This document shows, piece after piece, positions 9,886-20,664 of a stretch of 64,000 nt of DNA (the first letter of the stretch is position 1; the number at the start of each line of letters is the position of its first letter). The notes below the pieces were generated by a model, which had not been told where the DNA came from, made no database searches, and saw nothing but the letters and a program-made list of their open reading frames with translations. The translations under genes were made by a program, and so were the position numbers. The DNA comes from a virus, in IMG/VR virus record IMGVR_UViG_3300044716_000844, positions 31,587 through 95,586 of that record; one strand, 5' to 3'.

Positions 9886-11559
9886 ATGCCAATCAATTTT
9901 CCAAATACACCAGCAACAAATGACGTGTATCTCGCTCCAAACGGGATCGAATACATTTACACAGGTGCTAAGTGGACGCCCTTTAAACCGGTTGAGCCAA
10001 CAATTGGTGTAATCACTGCTTCGAGCCAACTAGACCTGTCTGCAGGTGGTACAAACCAAAACGTCGTGATCTCTCCATCTGGTTCTGGCAATATTCAACT
10101 TGCTGGAAATGTTGGCATCGGCACCATCACTCCAGCGACCAAGATGGAAGTTTCAGGCGATACGTCTCTCGCCTGCGTCTTTACGGCCACGGTCACGGAC
10201 ACAACCCTTGACGTAACCGCAGTCTCCAGCGGCGCTTTGGCTGTCGGTCAGTATCTGGGTTCTGCAAACGGTCGCGTCCGCATCACTGCGCTCGGCACGG
10301 GTACGGGTGGTGTCGGTACCTACACCATCGACACCAACCAGAATGGTCTTACGTTCAACAGAAGCTACGTTGCTGACCCCACGACAACGCGCTTGGGGAA
10401 CTCGCAGGCATCCATTTTCTCTAACATGCCACACGGGACGCTCGAGTTTGCTTCGGGTGTATCTACCGCCGGGCCGCGGGCCTACATTCAGGCTCAGGTG
10501 GGGCCAAGTACCCTCCCGACCCAGCTGGCAACTATGCTTTTCGGCGTCGGGGCCAATAACGGGGCTGCTCCTCCAAGAACTGCACTGAGCCTTGCTGCAA
10601 CAGGCAGCTTGTTCCCAAGCGGCATATCCCTCGGTCAACCGTCTCTATCTCCACGCAATCTGAACATCGCCCCGGCTACGATTGTATTTGGCGGTCGTTC
10701 CCAGTCCATCTACACGTCAGGTGCCAGCCTTTCCAGCCTCAACTTCAGCACCAGCTACATCGACGCCAGCGTGGAGACCACTGCCGCCTACGGCCAGATC
10801 GGCTACGTCGTAGACAGCTCGATCACCTCGGGCCAGCTCCCGGCGAACTTCTACATCCAGACTCGCAACTCTGGTGGCGTACTAGCTGAACGCTTCCGTA
10901 TCACTGCCACCGGCGATGTAGGTATTGGCACAACATTACCGACTGAAAAACTGGAAGTAGCTGGTAATATCCAAGCAATCGTCAATGGAGGAGCCTCATC
11001 TGTCCTCGCAGTGTCTGGAACATCAACAGACTACTCTTTTCTTCGTCTTCGTCAGACGGCTACAGAAAGTCGCATCGAGAGTGCTGCTGTCGGAACTGGT
11101 ACGGCCTCTCCTATTACATTTTTTGCTGGTGCCAGTGAACGATTACGTATCGCCTTGGCCGGGCAGCTAGGCATCGGCGGGGAGAACTATGGTACGTCGG
11201 GCCAAGTGCTGACATCTGGTGGACCAAGCGCAGCACCGAGTTGGACTACATTGTCATCAGCAGCTCCAACAACTGCTCAAGTTGGTACTGCCACGGCGGG
11301 TTTAGCGGTTGGTGATGTTGGTTCTTATGCACTCCTTTGGCATAATACTACTGCCGCAGAAACTCCAGGGACCACCGTTGCAGGATCAACCCTGCGCTAT
11401 GCTAGTACTACCACAGATGCAACAAACCCACTCGTCGGCTATGGCCCAACAGCTCCCGCTGGTACTTGGAGATGTATGGGCCATACCGCGGTGCAAGGCG
11501 GGGGCACCGCTTATGCATTCACCATATCAAACGTAACAGTCTGGTTAAGGATATCTTAA
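9886..11559 (+). CDS. Tail fibre protein (557 aa)
   Basis: GNVGIGT repeats, GTSGQVLTS motif, C-terminal GTWRCMG...WLRIS tip; followed by a chaperone gene. Confidence 0.75.
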   Translation: MPINFPNTPATNDVYLAPNGIEYIYTGAKWTPFKPVEPTIGVITASSQLDLSAGGTNQNVVISPSGSGNIQLAGNVGIGTITPATKMEVSGDTSLACVFTATVTDTTLDVTAVSSGALAVGQYLGSANGRVRITALGTGTGGVGTYTIDTNQNGLTFNRSYVADPTTTRLGNSQASIFSNMPHGTLEFASGVSTAGPRAYIQAQVGPSTLPTQLATMLFGVGANNGAAPPRTALSLAATGSLFPSGISLGQPSLSPRNLNIAPATIVFGGRSQSIYTSGASLSSLNFSTSYIDASVETTAAYGQIGYVVDSSITSGQLPANFYIQTRNSGGVLAERFRITATGDVGIGTTLPTEKLEVAGNIQAIVNGGASSVLAVSGTSTDYSFLRLRQTATESRIESAAVGTGTASPITFFAGASERLRIALAGQLGIGGENYGTSGQVLTSGGPSAAPSWTTLSSAAPTTAQVGTATAGLAVGDVGSYALLWHNTTAAETPGTTVAGSTLRYASTTTDATNPLVGYGPTAPAGTWRCMGHTAVQGGGTAYAFTISNVTVWLRIS

Positions 11560-11560
11560 T

Positions 11561-11962
11561 ATGAATTATAGAAACGCAAAAAAATTAGCAAATAATCGCA
11601 TAGACTGTGAGATCGAACATGAGAAATTCGGGTGGATACCGTTCACCTGCGATCCTAACGACACTGGGGCCTTGTTTGATGCTGCTGCGCTTCACGCTAC
11701 GATGGATGCAGACCCTGCGACCGAAGCTTATGTTCCGCCAACGCAAGCAGAGCTTGATGCGGCAGCAGGCGCTGCAGTGAGGGTGCAACGGGACTACCTG
11801 CTGTCAGCAGAGGTTGACCCTATCGTCAGCAACCCTCTCCGTTGGGCCGATCTAAGCGCAGAGAAGCAGGCCGAGTGGACCGCATATCGCCGCGCGCTGC
11901 TCGACATCACAGTGCAGTCGGGCTTCCCGCACTCAGTAATCTGGCCCATCAAACCAGAGTAA
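11561..11962 (+). CDS. Tail fibre assembly chaperone (Tfa-like)
   Basis: IDCEIEHEKFGWIPFT N-terminus; W..YRRALLDI...FP...WP.KP C-terminus. Confidence 0.8.
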   Translation: MNYRNAKKLANNRIDCEIEHEKFGWIPFTCDPNDTGALFDAAALHATMDADPATEAYVPPTQAELDAAAGAAVRVQRDYLLSAEVDPIVSNPLRWADLSAEKQAEWTAYRRALLDITVQSGFPHSVIWPIKPE

Positions 11963-11971
11963 AACTATTGT

Positions 11972-11979
11972 TATAAATA
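11972..11979 (+). promoter_or_regulatory. T4-type late promoter TATAAATA (gp13 operon)
   Basis: Exact consensus in intergenic DNA; gp55 is encoded in the window. Confidence 0.8.
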
Positions 11980-12010
11980 TCTAATAGATATTCATCAAAG
12001 GATCTGTCCC

Positions 12011-12751
12011 ATGGCACAACCAACGACTAGAGCAGAATTTAAAGAGTGGTGCCTACGTAAGTTAGGTAAGCCTGTTATTGAAATCAACGTTGATGACGAT
12101 CAGATCGATGATCGTATCGACGAAGCGCTCACGTATTACTGGGACTATCACTTCGATGGTACCGAAAAGATGTATGTCAAGCGCCAGGTCACTCAACAAG
12201 ATAAAGATAACGGATATGTTCCAGTCGCAGATAATATCATTGGTGTTGTAAACTTGTTCCCGATTCAAGGTAATTTGACCGGGTCCGGTATTTTTAGCGC
12301 GACATATCAATTTGTTCTGAACAACCTCCATGACTTTGTTAACTATGATCTAATCAACTATTATATGTCTTTCCAGTATCTTGCGTTCATGCAAGAGATT
12401 CTAACTGGGCGTCAACCTATTCGCTATAATCGTCATATGAACAAATTATACATCGATATGAATAAAGACAAGATTGAAGTGGGAGACTTTATTGTATACG
12501 AATGCTATCAGGTTGTAGACCCTGCGGTGTATACAGATGTTTGGAAAGATCGTTGGTTGCAGAACTATGCAACAGCAAAGATCAAGTATCAGTGGGGTTC
12601 AAACCTCACGAAATTCATCGGAATGAATTTACCAGGAAACGTTCAATTCAACGGCGAGAGAATTCTTCAAGACGCTCAAGAAGAAATCCAGAGAATGGAA
12701 CAAGAGATGATTAGCTCATACTCACTTCCTGTCCATGACCTTGTAGGATAA
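12011..12751 (+). CDS. gp13: Neck protein gp13
   Basis: LRKLGKPVIEINVDDDQ, YHFDG, KYQWG.NL.KF motifs; synteny. Confidence 0.92.
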   Translation: MAQPTTRAEFKEWCLRKLGKPVIEINVDDDQIDDRIDEALTYYWDYHFDGTEKMYVKRQVTQQDKDNGYVPVADNIIGVVNLFPIQGNLTGSGIFSATYQFVLNNLHDFVNYDLINYYMSFQYLAFMQEILTGRQPIRYNRHMNKLYIDMNKDKIEVGDFIVYECYQVVDPAVYTDVWKDRWLQNYATAKIKYQWGSNLTKFIGMNLPGNVQFNGERILQDAQEEIQRMEQEMISSYSLPVHDLVG

Positions 12752-12755
12752 TGAA

Positions 12756-13415
12756 GTGGCTACAAATTTTTACTTCAACAACTTTACGAACTCGGGTGAG
12801 CAACGTCTTATTGAAGACTTGATCATTGAAAGCATTCGTATCCATGGTATTGATGTATGGTACATCCCGCATAAGTTCGGAGCTCTTGATGATCTCTTAA
12901 ACGAAGATGATCTTCCTTACTACGATGATGCTTATATGGTTGAAATGTACATCAAGAATGTCGAAGGATTCCAGGGTGACGGCGACTTCTTGAGCAAGTT
13001 TGGTCTACAGATCAATGACTCAATGACTCTTACAATCTCGATGAGAAAGTTTCTTGAAGATGTTGCGTTGTTTAACGAAAAGGTTAGACCAAACGAAGGC
13101 GATCTGATCTACTTCCCGCTCAACAATAAGATCTTTGAGATTAAACACGTTGAGCATGAAGCGATCTTCTATCAAATGGGTTCGCTTCAGACGTATGATC
13201 TTCGTGTTGAACTCTTTGAATACTCAAACGAAAGATTCAATACTGGTATTCTAGAGATTGATACTTGGGCGAATCAGTTCAAGACGACTTCGAATACTTC
13301 GATTCAGGCAATTGATCTGTTTGATCCTCTTGCAGATAACTTTACGATTGAGACTGAGGCAAACACTATTCTAGATTTTACCGAGGCAAATCCATTCGGG
13401 GATGATATCTACTAA
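12756..13415 (+). CDS. gp14: Neck protein gp14
   Basis: FLSKFGL, RPNEGDLIYFP, FEYSNE motifs; GTG start. Confidence 0.92.
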   Translation: MATNFYFNNFTNSGEQRLIEDLIIESIRIHGIDVWYIPHKFGALDDLLNEDDLPYYDDAYMVEMYIKNVEGFQGDGDFLSKFGLQINDSMTLTISMRKFLEDVALFNEKVRPNEGDLIYFPLNNKIFEIKHVEHEAIFYQMGSLQTYDLRVELFEYSNERFNTGILEIDTWANQFKTTSNTSIQAIDLFDPLADNFTIETEANTILDFTEANPFGDDIY

Positions 13416-14218
13416 TGTTCGGTACTCAATTTTACAATCAAACAACTCGTCGGTACGTAGCAATATTTGGTACGCTCTTCAATGATATTACAATTGATAG
13501 AAGAGACTCGAATGGTGCAGTCGTTCAAGCAATGAAGGTGCCATTAAACTACGGGCCAATGGAACGATTCCTTGCTCGGATTCAGCAAGATCCTGACCTT
13601 ACTGCTCCAGCGATTCGACTCCCTCGTATGTCATTTGAAATGGTATCGATGTCTTACGATCCAGAACGTAAGCTAACTCCTACGACGTACTCTGTAAAGG
13701 GTATAGCGAATAACGATAGCGCAGTAAAGACTCAATATACTCCTGCTCCGTACGACCTCGAATTTCAACTGAATATTATGGTCAAGTATGCAGAAGATGG
13801 CACAAAGATCATCGAACAGATCCTTCCATTCTTTAAACCGGAGTTTACTGTTACTGCGAGATTAGTTGATGGAATGGATGTTCTTGTGGATATTCCCATT
13901 GTACTTAATTCAATAAACGTTGAGGACACGTATGAGGGGTCTTATGAAGAAAGACGTGCTATCATATGGACACTTAACTTTACGCTAAAGGGCTATTACT
14001 ATGGACCAGTCACTCAGCGCAAGATTATTAAGTTTGCGAATACTGACATTTACTCTACAATGGCTGCGACTGATCCTATTTCGAGAGTCATAGTTCGACC
14101 GGGCTTAACCGCAAATGGCCAGCCTACAACAGATATTAATCAAACTGTAGCTTATTCTGCTATTAACATAGATGATGATTGGGACTACATAGTGCAAATA
14201 GTGGATCCAAATGACTAA
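13415..14218 (+). CDS. gp15: Tail terminator / sheath stabiliser gp15
   Basis: FGTLFNDI, KVPLNYGP, LPRMSFE, EQILPFF motifs. Confidence 0.92.
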   Translation: MFGTQFYNQTTRRYVAIFGTLFNDITIDRRDSNGAVVQAMKVPLNYGPMERFLARIQQDPDLTAPAIRLPRMSFEMVSMSYDPERKLTPTTYSVKGIANNDSAVKTQYTPAPYDLEFQLNIMVKYAEDGTKIIEQILPFFKPEFTVTARLVDGMDVLVDIPIVLNSINVEDTYEGSYEERRAIIWTLNFTLKGYYYGPVTQRKIIKFANTDIYSTMAATDPISRVIVRPGLTANGQPTTDINQTVAYSAINIDDDWDYIVQIVDPND

Positions 14219-14723
14219 AGATGTGCTTGGAAAGTATCTCGGATTGCCTCCTATTGGCGCAGTTGAAGATGCCGAAATTGTTGAAGATAAACCTATCGTG
14301 AAAAAGATGTCACCTGATGCTTCTCACCTTTCAAAGAAGCTATCATCGAATCTTCCAAAGGAACCAGAGAAACCTTTGACACGCAGTGAACAGGCTGAGA
14401 ATGATTACGACTATGCTCGTGAGAACATGTACAACGTAATTGAAAAGGGAACTAGCGCGCTTGAAGATCTACTTGGTGTAGCTACTCAATCACAGCACCC
14501 TCGTGCTTACGAGGTATTAGCTACGACGATGAAAACTCTTGTTGATGCTAATAAAGAACTTGTTCAACTATCAAAGAAAAAAGTTGAAGAAGAAAAGAAT
14601 AATGATGAACCTCAGAGTGGATCTGGTGGTAACGTGACAAATAACAATCTATTCGTCGGTACTACGCATGATCTGCTGAAGGTTTTAGCGGACATGAGGA
14701 AAAATGGACAACCAAACTCCTAA
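14211..14723 (+). CDS. gp16: Terminase small subunit gp16
   Basis: DYDYARENM, HPRAYEV, NNNLFVGTT motifs. Confidence 0.9.
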   Translation: MTKDVLGKYLGLPPIGAVEDAEIVEDKPIVKKMSPDASHLSKKLSSNLPKEPEKPLTRSEQAENDYDYARENMYNVIEKGTSALEDLLGVATQSQHPRAYEVLATTMKTLVDANKELVQLSKKKVEEEKNNDEPQSGSGGNVTNNNLFVGTTHDLLKVLADMRKNGQPNS

Positions 14724-16341
14724 ATCAGAGAAGGGTTACTTAGGTAATAACCTTCTTAAACGCATTGGTCAAGAACAAAATTGGACTTCTGAGCAACTAG
14801 CTGAAATGGCTAAGTGTATGATGGATCCTATTTACTTTGCTGAGAATTACATTAAAATTGTACATGTTGACCGTGGTTTGATTCCTCTTCAGATGTATGA
14901 TTACCAGAAAGATATCGCTACGAAGATCTTCAACAGTCGTCGTGTCGCTGTACTTACTGCACGTCAGGCTGGTAAGACTACTACTGCAGTCGCTATCATT
15001 CTACACTATATCATCTTTAATGAACACAAAAATGTTGGTATTCTTTCAAATAAAGGCGAAGGTTCAAAGGAAGTTCTTGAGCGTATTAAGTTAGCATACG
15101 AAAATTTACCGAAGTGGATGCAGCACGGAATCCTTGAATGGAATAAGAACTCAATTGAACTTGAGAACGGATGTAAGATCTACGCAGGTACAACCACATC
15201 AAGCTCAATTCGTGGTAAGTCAATTGCTTTCCTTTACATTGACGAATGTGCTTTCGTAGAAGGATACGATGAATTCTTCGCTTCAGTTTATCCTACTATC
15301 TCATCTGGTACTGAAACTAAGCTACTCATGACTTCTACACCAAATGGTCTCAATCACTTCTTCAAGATCTGTGAAGGTGCAAAGCAAGGTACAAATGGTT
15401 ATCAATACACCGAAGTTACATGGGATCTTGTACCTGGTCGTGGTGAGGCATGGAAGCAAGAGACTCTTGAAGCACTGAACTTCGACCAAGAGAAGTTCGC
15501 GCAAGAATATGAGTGTCAGTTCCTTGGTTCATCTGGTACTCTTATCGACGGTGCAACGCTCAAGTATCTTCAGTCAGCATATCGAGAACCATTACACGAG
15601 TCACAAGGCCTTGCGCTTTACGAGAGACCTGAAAAAGGAAAGACTTATGTATGTATTGCTGACGTCTCTCGTGGAAAGGGATTAGACTATTCAGCATTCC
15701 ATATTATTGATGTATCGAGTATGCCGTATAAACAAGTAGCAAGATACCGCAATAATTACGTAACACCTGTTGATTATGCAGATGTTATTTTTAGAACAAC
15801 TAAATCATATAATGATGCCTACGTACTTATCGAAATCAACGACATTGGTGGTCAAGTTTCTGATACTCTGCACTTTGACTTCGAGGTTGAAACACTGTTA
15901 TATACTGAATCTGCTGGTAGATCGGGTAAACGAATCTCAGGCGGTTTTGGATCAAACGTAGATAAAGGTATTCGTACGACCAAACAAGTAAAAGCGATGG
16001 GTTGTTCTGTTTTAAAACTGTTGTGCGAACAGAAACAACTCCAGGTTGTAGACTTCAATACGATCAACGAACTATCGACGTTCTCACGTAGAGGAGTTTC
16101 TTATGAAGCAGAAGCAGGATGCCATGACGATCTGGTCATGGGCTTAGTTCTGTTTTCATGGTTAACTACACAAACATTCTTTAAAGAGATTACCGATATT
16201 AATACTATGATGAGGCTTCGAGAAAAAACTGATGAACAAATTATGGATGAGTTGCTGCCATTTGGTTTAACCTATGACGATATTGAGCATGTAGAAGAAG
16301 TAAGGATGCCGTCGAGAGACGCGTGGCTAAGTGATTGGTAA
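14704..16341 (+). CDS. gp17: Terminase large subunit gp17
   Basis: Walker A ARQAGKTT, Walker B YIDECAF, TSTPNG, nuclease DVSRG/HDDLVM. Confidence 0.97.
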   Translation: MDNQTPKSEKGYLGNNLLKRIGQEQNWTSEQLAEMAKCMMDPIYFAENYIKIVHVDRGLIPLQMYDYQKDIATKIFNSRRVAVLTARQAGKTTTAVAIILHYIIFNEHKNVGILSNKGEGSKEVLERIKLAYENLPKWMQHGILEWNKNSIELENGCKIYAGTTTSSSIRGKSIAFLYIDECAFVEGYDEFFASVYPTISSGTETKLLMTSTPNGLNHFFKICEGAKQGTNGYQYTEVTWDLVPGRGEAWKQETLEALNFDQEKFAQEYECQFLGSSGTLIDGATLKYLQSAYREPLHESQGLALYERPEKGKTYVCIADVSRGKGLDYSAFHIIDVSSMPYKQVARYRNNYVTPVDYADVIFRTTKSYNDAYVLIEINDIGGQVSDTLHFDFEVETLLYTESAGRSGKRISGGFGSNVDKGIRTTKQVKAMGCSVLKLLCEQKQLQVVDFNTINELSTFSRRGVSYEAEAGCHDDLVMGLVLFSWLTTQTFFKEITDINTMMRLREKTDEQIMDELLPFGLTYDDIEHVEEVRMPSRDAWLSDW

Positions 16342-16351
16342 TTACTATTCT

Positions 16352-16359
16352 TATAAATA
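16352..16359 (+). promoter_or_regulatory. Late promoter TATAAATA (gp18)
   Basis: Exact consensus, intergenic. Confidence 0.8.
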
Positions 16360-16405
16360 GAAAGAACAATTCTCTAAAATAATGCTCACAAAAGGAGATA
16401 ACAAT

Positions 16406-17983
16406 ATGGCATTTCAACTAAGTCCAGGAATCAATGTATCTGAAATTGATTTAACAACAGTTGTGCCTGCGGTGTCGTCTACAACCGGCGCAATTGCTGG
16501 TGTTTTCACATGGGGTCCAACTGATGTTGCAACATTGGTTACGTCAGAGACTGATCTAGTAAATCGTTTTGGTAAGCCAGTAATCGGCTTTAACGAAGAA
16601 ACATTTTTTACTGCTGCAGACTTTCTAGCATATGGTAATTCATTATACGTTGTACGTATATCAAGCGGTAATACCGCAACAACCGCTGTTGGATCTCCGG
16701 TTGGTGCTGGAGTAACAGCAAAGCACAAAGGAACTTACGGTAATAGTCTAGCAATTGCAGTAGTTGGTTCATCTGGTGCTGCACTGTCAAACGCAGGCGC
16801 GGCTGCTGCTGCAGCTAAGCTACGTACACCAGCTACTGGTACCTATAACGTAATCGTTATGGATACTACTGCTAACGTTGCACTAGAAGCGTATGAGTCA
16901 CTTTCTACAACGAGTACTGCGAAAAACGCTGATGGCTCCACTAACTATATTACAGAAGTAATTAGTCAAAAGTCTAAGTACATTGTTGCTCCTGCTGACG
17001 TCTCAGTCGCTATTGCTGGTGTTGGAGCATCTGCATCCATATACGCAGCTCTTTCTGGTGGAACAAACGGTTTAGACGAGAGTTCTTTATCTGTAGGCGC
17101 ACTACAAGCTGGATATGCCCTATTCGCTTCTCCAGAAGATATTGATGTTTCACTTATTCTTGCCGGAGAAGCTAGAGGTACTGGAAACGGTACAGAGCTT
17201 GCAAACTGGATTGCTGACAACGTTGTTAGCGTAAGAAAAGATTGTGTACTCTTCGTTTCTCCAGAAAAAGCAGACGTAGTAAACAATGCTGGCAACGAAG
17301 TTACAGCAGTGAAAGCTTTCTCAGATGCACTACGCGATTCCTCATATATCGTTCTTGACTCTGGTTACAAGTACCGTTATGACCGTTACAACGACGTTTA
17401 CATTCACACACCTTTGAATGGTGATGTCGCTGGTCTTTGCGCAAGAACTGATACCACACGTGATCCATGGTTCTCCCCTGCTGGATATAGCAGAGGTAAC
17501 ATCAAGAACATCATTAAGCTAGCTTTCAATCCAAATAAGGCTCAGCGCGATGAACTTTACAAAAACTCGATCAACCCGATTATTACTCAACCGGGTCAAG
17601 GTACGATCTTGTTTGGAGATAAGACTCACTTGAATCAATCTTCAGCGTTTGACCGTATTAATGTACGTCGTCTATTCATTGTGCTTGAGAAAGCAATCTC
17701 TCGTGCATCACGCTCAACTCTCTTTGAATTCAACGACGAATTTACTCGCGCACAATTCAGAAACCTAATCGAGCCATTCCTTCGCGACGTACAGGGCCGC
17801 AGAGGTATCTTCGACTTTAAAGTAGTTTGCGACGAAACAAATAACACATCAGAGGTTATCGATCGCAATGAATTTATCGGCGATATCTATATTAAGCCAG
17901 CACGTTCAATCAACTTCATTCAACTTAACTTTATCGCTGTTAGAAGCGGTGTTGAGTTTGAAGAAATCATTGGTCAGCGCTAA
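16406..17983 (+). CDS. gp18: Tail sheath protein gp18 (start at ATG 16406 after AAGGAG)
   Basis: SPGINVSEIDLT, PWFSPAG, FDRINVRRLF, IKPARSINFI. Confidence 0.96.
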   Translation: MAFQLSPGINVSEIDLTTVVPAVSSTTGAIAGVFTWGPTDVATLVTSETDLVNRFGKPVIGFNEETFFTAADFLAYGNSLYVVRISSGNTATTAVGSPVGAGVTAKHKGTYGNSLAIAVVGSSGAALSNAGAAAAAAKLRTPATGTYNVIVMDTTANVALEAYESLSTTSTAKNADGSTNYITEVISQKSKYIVAPADVSVAIAGVGASASIYAALSGGTNGLDESSLSVGALQAGYALFASPEDIDVSLILAGEARGTGNGTELANWIADNVVSVRKDCVLFVSPEKADVVNNAGNEVTAVKAFSDALRDSSYIVLDSGYKYRYDRYNDVYIHTPLNGDVAGLCARTDTTRDPWFSPAGYSRGNIKNIIKLAFNPNKAQRDELYKNSINPIITQPGQGTILFGDKTHLNQSSAFDRINVRRLFIVLEKAISRASRSTLFEFNDEFTRAQFRNLIEPFLRDVQGRRGIFDFKVVCDETNNTSEVIDRNEFIGDIYIKPARSINFIQLNFIAVRSGVEFEEIIGQR

Positions 17984-17985
17984 GG

Positions 17986-17993
17986 TATAAATA
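17986..17993 (+). promoter_or_regulatory. Late promoter TATAAATA (gp19)
   Basis: Exact consensus, intergenic. Confidence 0.8.
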
Positions 17994-18014
17994 TCAGAAA
18001 GAAGGAGATAAAAA

Positions 18015-18569
18015 ATGGCTTTCAATATTAATGACCTTAGATCACAACTAACATTTGGAGGAGCGAAGACTACGCTCTTCCAAGTGCAGATCACGAACCC
18101 GATCAACGGTATCGCTGATATTAAAGTTCCGTTCATGGTTAAAGCAGCTCAGCTTCCAGGTTCTACTCTTGGTAACATCGAAGTTCCATACTTTGGCCGT
18201 AAGATTAAGATTGCTGGAGACAGAACGTTTGAACCATGGACTGTTACTGTAATCAATGACGAAGACTTCCTTGTCAGAAATGCTATGGAGTCTTGGATGT
18301 CGGCGATTAACTCACACCAAGGTAACTTAACTGCACTTGGTAGCGCATCGCCACTTCAGTATAAGACTCAAGCACAAATCACACAGTTCTCTAAGACTGG
18401 TGTTCCACTTCGTGTATACAACTTTAACGGCCTATTCCCAACTGAAGTATCACCTATCGATATGTCATGGGAAGACACTGACCGTATTGAAGAATTCAGC
18501 GTAACGTTCCAGTACGATTGGTGGGATATTAATGGTGGAATTACTGGGGATGCTGGCACTCGTGCTTAA
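18015..18569 (+). CDS. gp19: Tail tube protein gp19
   Basis: KAAQLPGS, GDRTFEPWTVTVIND, IEEFSVTFQY. Confidence 0.95.
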   Translation: MAFNINDLRSQLTFGGAKTTLFQVQITNPINGIADIKVPFMVKAAQLPGSTLGNIEVPYFGRKIKIAGDRTFEPWTVTVINDEDFLVRNAMESWMSAINSHQGNLTALGSASPLQYKTQAQITQFSKTGVPLRVYNFNGLFPTEVSPIDMSWEDTDRIEEFSVTFQYDWWDINGGITGDAGTRA

Positions 18570-18605
18570 TAGCTAAGCCAGTAACCACAGGAAAAGGAAT
18601 TTATA

Positions 18606-20183
18606 ATGCAGCTATTTGGCTTTGAGATCAAACGTAAAGAAGAAGCAAAGGATACAGTGCGATCCTTTGCTGAACCTATTAATGACGACGGTGCAGTATC
18701 TATTGCTTCCGGCGGTTCTCAGAGTACTTTCGTTGATCTTGATGGAACTGCAAAAACTGAAGCAGAACTTGTTAACAGATATCGTTCAATGTTGCAACAA
18801 CCAGAGGTTCAAGCAGCCGTAGACGATATCGTTAACGAAGCGATTACGATTGCCGACGACAAACCTCCGGTCGAGTGTGTAACTGACGACTTAGAGATGC
18901 CAGACTCAATCAAGAAAAAGATTCGTGAAGAGTTTGATAACGTATTAAAGCTCCTTGACTTTAGTAATCAGGGATATGAGATCTTTACTCGTTGGTATGT
19001 TGACGGTAGACTCCATTATCATGTGATGATCGATGAGTCTTCTCCTCGTCGTGGTATTGTTGAACTTCGTTCTATAGACCCTCGTAAATTGAGAAAAGTG
19101 CGTGAGTACGAAAAAGAGAAGGTAACACCTGGCTCTCAATTCGCGTTCAGAAAGTTAAAGAACGAGTACTACATGTACTCAGAACGTGGGTATGACGCGG
19201 CGTCAGTAACGAATAGTATTGGTACTATTGACTCTATTCAGGGTCTTAAGATCGCAAAAGATTCCATCATTAGCTGTAACTCTGGTGTGCTGAATGAAAG
19301 GAATACAATCGTTCTTTCTCATTTGCACAAAGCGTATAAACCACTTAACCAACTTCGTATGATGGAAGACGCAGTCGTTATCTATCGTATCTCTCGTGCT
19401 CCTGAACGTCGTATCTTTTATATCGATGTTGGTAACCTTCCGAAGGTAAAGGCAGAACAGTATCTTCGTGAGATGATGGTTAACCATAAGAACAAACTTG
19501 TATACGATGCATCAACTGGCGAGATGAGAGATGATCGTAAGTTTATGACGATCACTGATGACTTCTGGCTTCCACGCCGTGAAGGCAACCGCGGCACTGA
19601 GATCACGTCTCTTCCAGGTGGCCAGAACCTTGGTGAGATGGATGACGTTGTTTACTTTCAACGTAAACTATATAAGTCTTTAAACGTTCCTATCTCTCGT
19701 CTCGAACCTGAAACCGGGTTCTCACTCGGAAGATCATCTGAAATTTCTCGTGATGAAGTAAAGTTCGCTAAGTTTATTCGTAGATTGCGTTCGCGGTTCT
19801 CAAACATCTTTGACAAAGCTCTAGAAAAGCAACTCATTCTAAAAGGTATCATCAAGCCAGAAGAGTGGGATATAATTAAGGATAAGCTTCGTTATAACTT
19901 CCAACTCGATAACCATTTCGAAGAGTTGAAGCAAGCAGAAATTGTTCGCGACAGATTGAGTGTTCTTGCTGATATTAATAATTATGCTGGAGACTACTAC
20001 TCAAAAGCGTGGATTCGTAAGAACGTACTACATATGTCTGAAGATGAAATCGAAGACATCAAGAAACAAATTGATCAAGAAGCAAAAGATGAACCGCCTG
20101 AAGATAATCAACAAGATGGTCCTGGCGTAGTTCCACAACAAATTGATTCAAATCCTCAGAATGAACCAAATAAAGGAGACTAA
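18606..20183 (+). CDS. gp20: Portal protein gp20
   Basis: WYVDGR, YRISRAPERRIFYIDVGNLP, FWLPRREG.RGTEI. Confidence 0.97.
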   Translation: MQLFGFEIKRKEEAKDTVRSFAEPINDDGAVSIASGGSQSTFVDLDGTAKTEAELVNRYRSMLQQPEVQAAVDDIVNEAITIADDKPPVECVTDDLEMPDSIKKKIREEFDNVLKLLDFSNQGYEIFTRWYVDGRLHYHVMIDESSPRRGIVELRSIDPRKLRKVREYEKEKVTPGSQFAFRKLKNEYYMYSERGYDAASVTNSIGTIDSIQGLKIAKDSIISCNSGVLNERNTIVLSHLHKAYKPLNQLRMMEDAVVIYRISRAPERRIFYIDVGNLPKVKAEQYLREMMVNHKNKLVYDASTGEMRDDRKFMTITDDFWLPRREGNRGTEITSLPGGQNLGEMDDVVYFQRKLYKSLNVPISRLEPETGFSLGRSSEISRDEVKFAKFIRRLRSRFSNIFDKALEKQLILKGIIKPEEWDIIKDKLRYNFQLDNHFEELKQAEIVRDRLSVLADINNYAGDYYSKAWIRKNVLHMSEDEIEDIKKQIDQEAKDEPPEDNQQDGPGVVPQQIDSNPQNEPNKGD

Positions 20184-20185
20184 AT

Positions 20186-20653
20186 ATGTCAATTAAAGAT
20201 CTTATTTCAGCAGCTATCTATAAAGATGCGTCTGCCTTTGAATCCACTTTTGCTGATATCATGCAAGCAAAAGTGTCTGCAGCTATTGAAGCTCGCTTCT
20301 CACCTGTCGCAGAAGAGCTCGACCTCGAAGAATCAAAAGATGAAGATGAAGACGAGGAAGACGAAGAAGAAGAAGATGATGAAGACGAGGATGAAGATGA
20401 AGACGAGGATGAAGATGAAGATGAAGATATGAAAGAAGAAGCCGATCAAATCGACGAAATTTCAGACGACAAGCTTCGTAGCTACCACGCAGCAGCTGGT
20501 GCTGACCGCAAGAAAGCAAAGGCTGAAGTCGAAAAAGGTATGGCTGCGAAAAAGTTCACTCCTGCAAGTGTTCAAAAAACTTCAGACTCGTACAAGCGTT
20601 TTGTTAAGCGTGGCAAAGGTATGACCACTGCTGCAAACAAGATGTCAGAATAA
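20186..20653 (+). CDS. gp67: Prohead core protein, gp67-like (acidic tract)
   Basis: Position after portal; long D/E run. Confidence 0.65.
   Translation: MSIKDLISAAIYKDASAFESTFADIMQAKVSAAIEARFSPVAEELDLEESKDEDEDEEDEEEEDDEDEDEDEDEDEDEDEDMKEEADQIDEISDDKLRSYHAAAGADRKKAKAEVEKGMAAKKFTPASVQKTSDSYKRFVKRGKGMTTAANKMSE
20335..20440 (+). repeat. Low-complexity GA(A/T/C/G) codon run encoding poly-Asp/Glu
   Basis: gaagatgaagacgaggat-type iterations. Confidence 0.8.
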
Positions 20654-20664
20654 TAGGTACTAAA

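Noticed and set aside
20335-20440. Tandem repeat as a CRISPR or mobile repeat
   Set aside because: It is a coding poly-Asp/Glu tract with no spacers.
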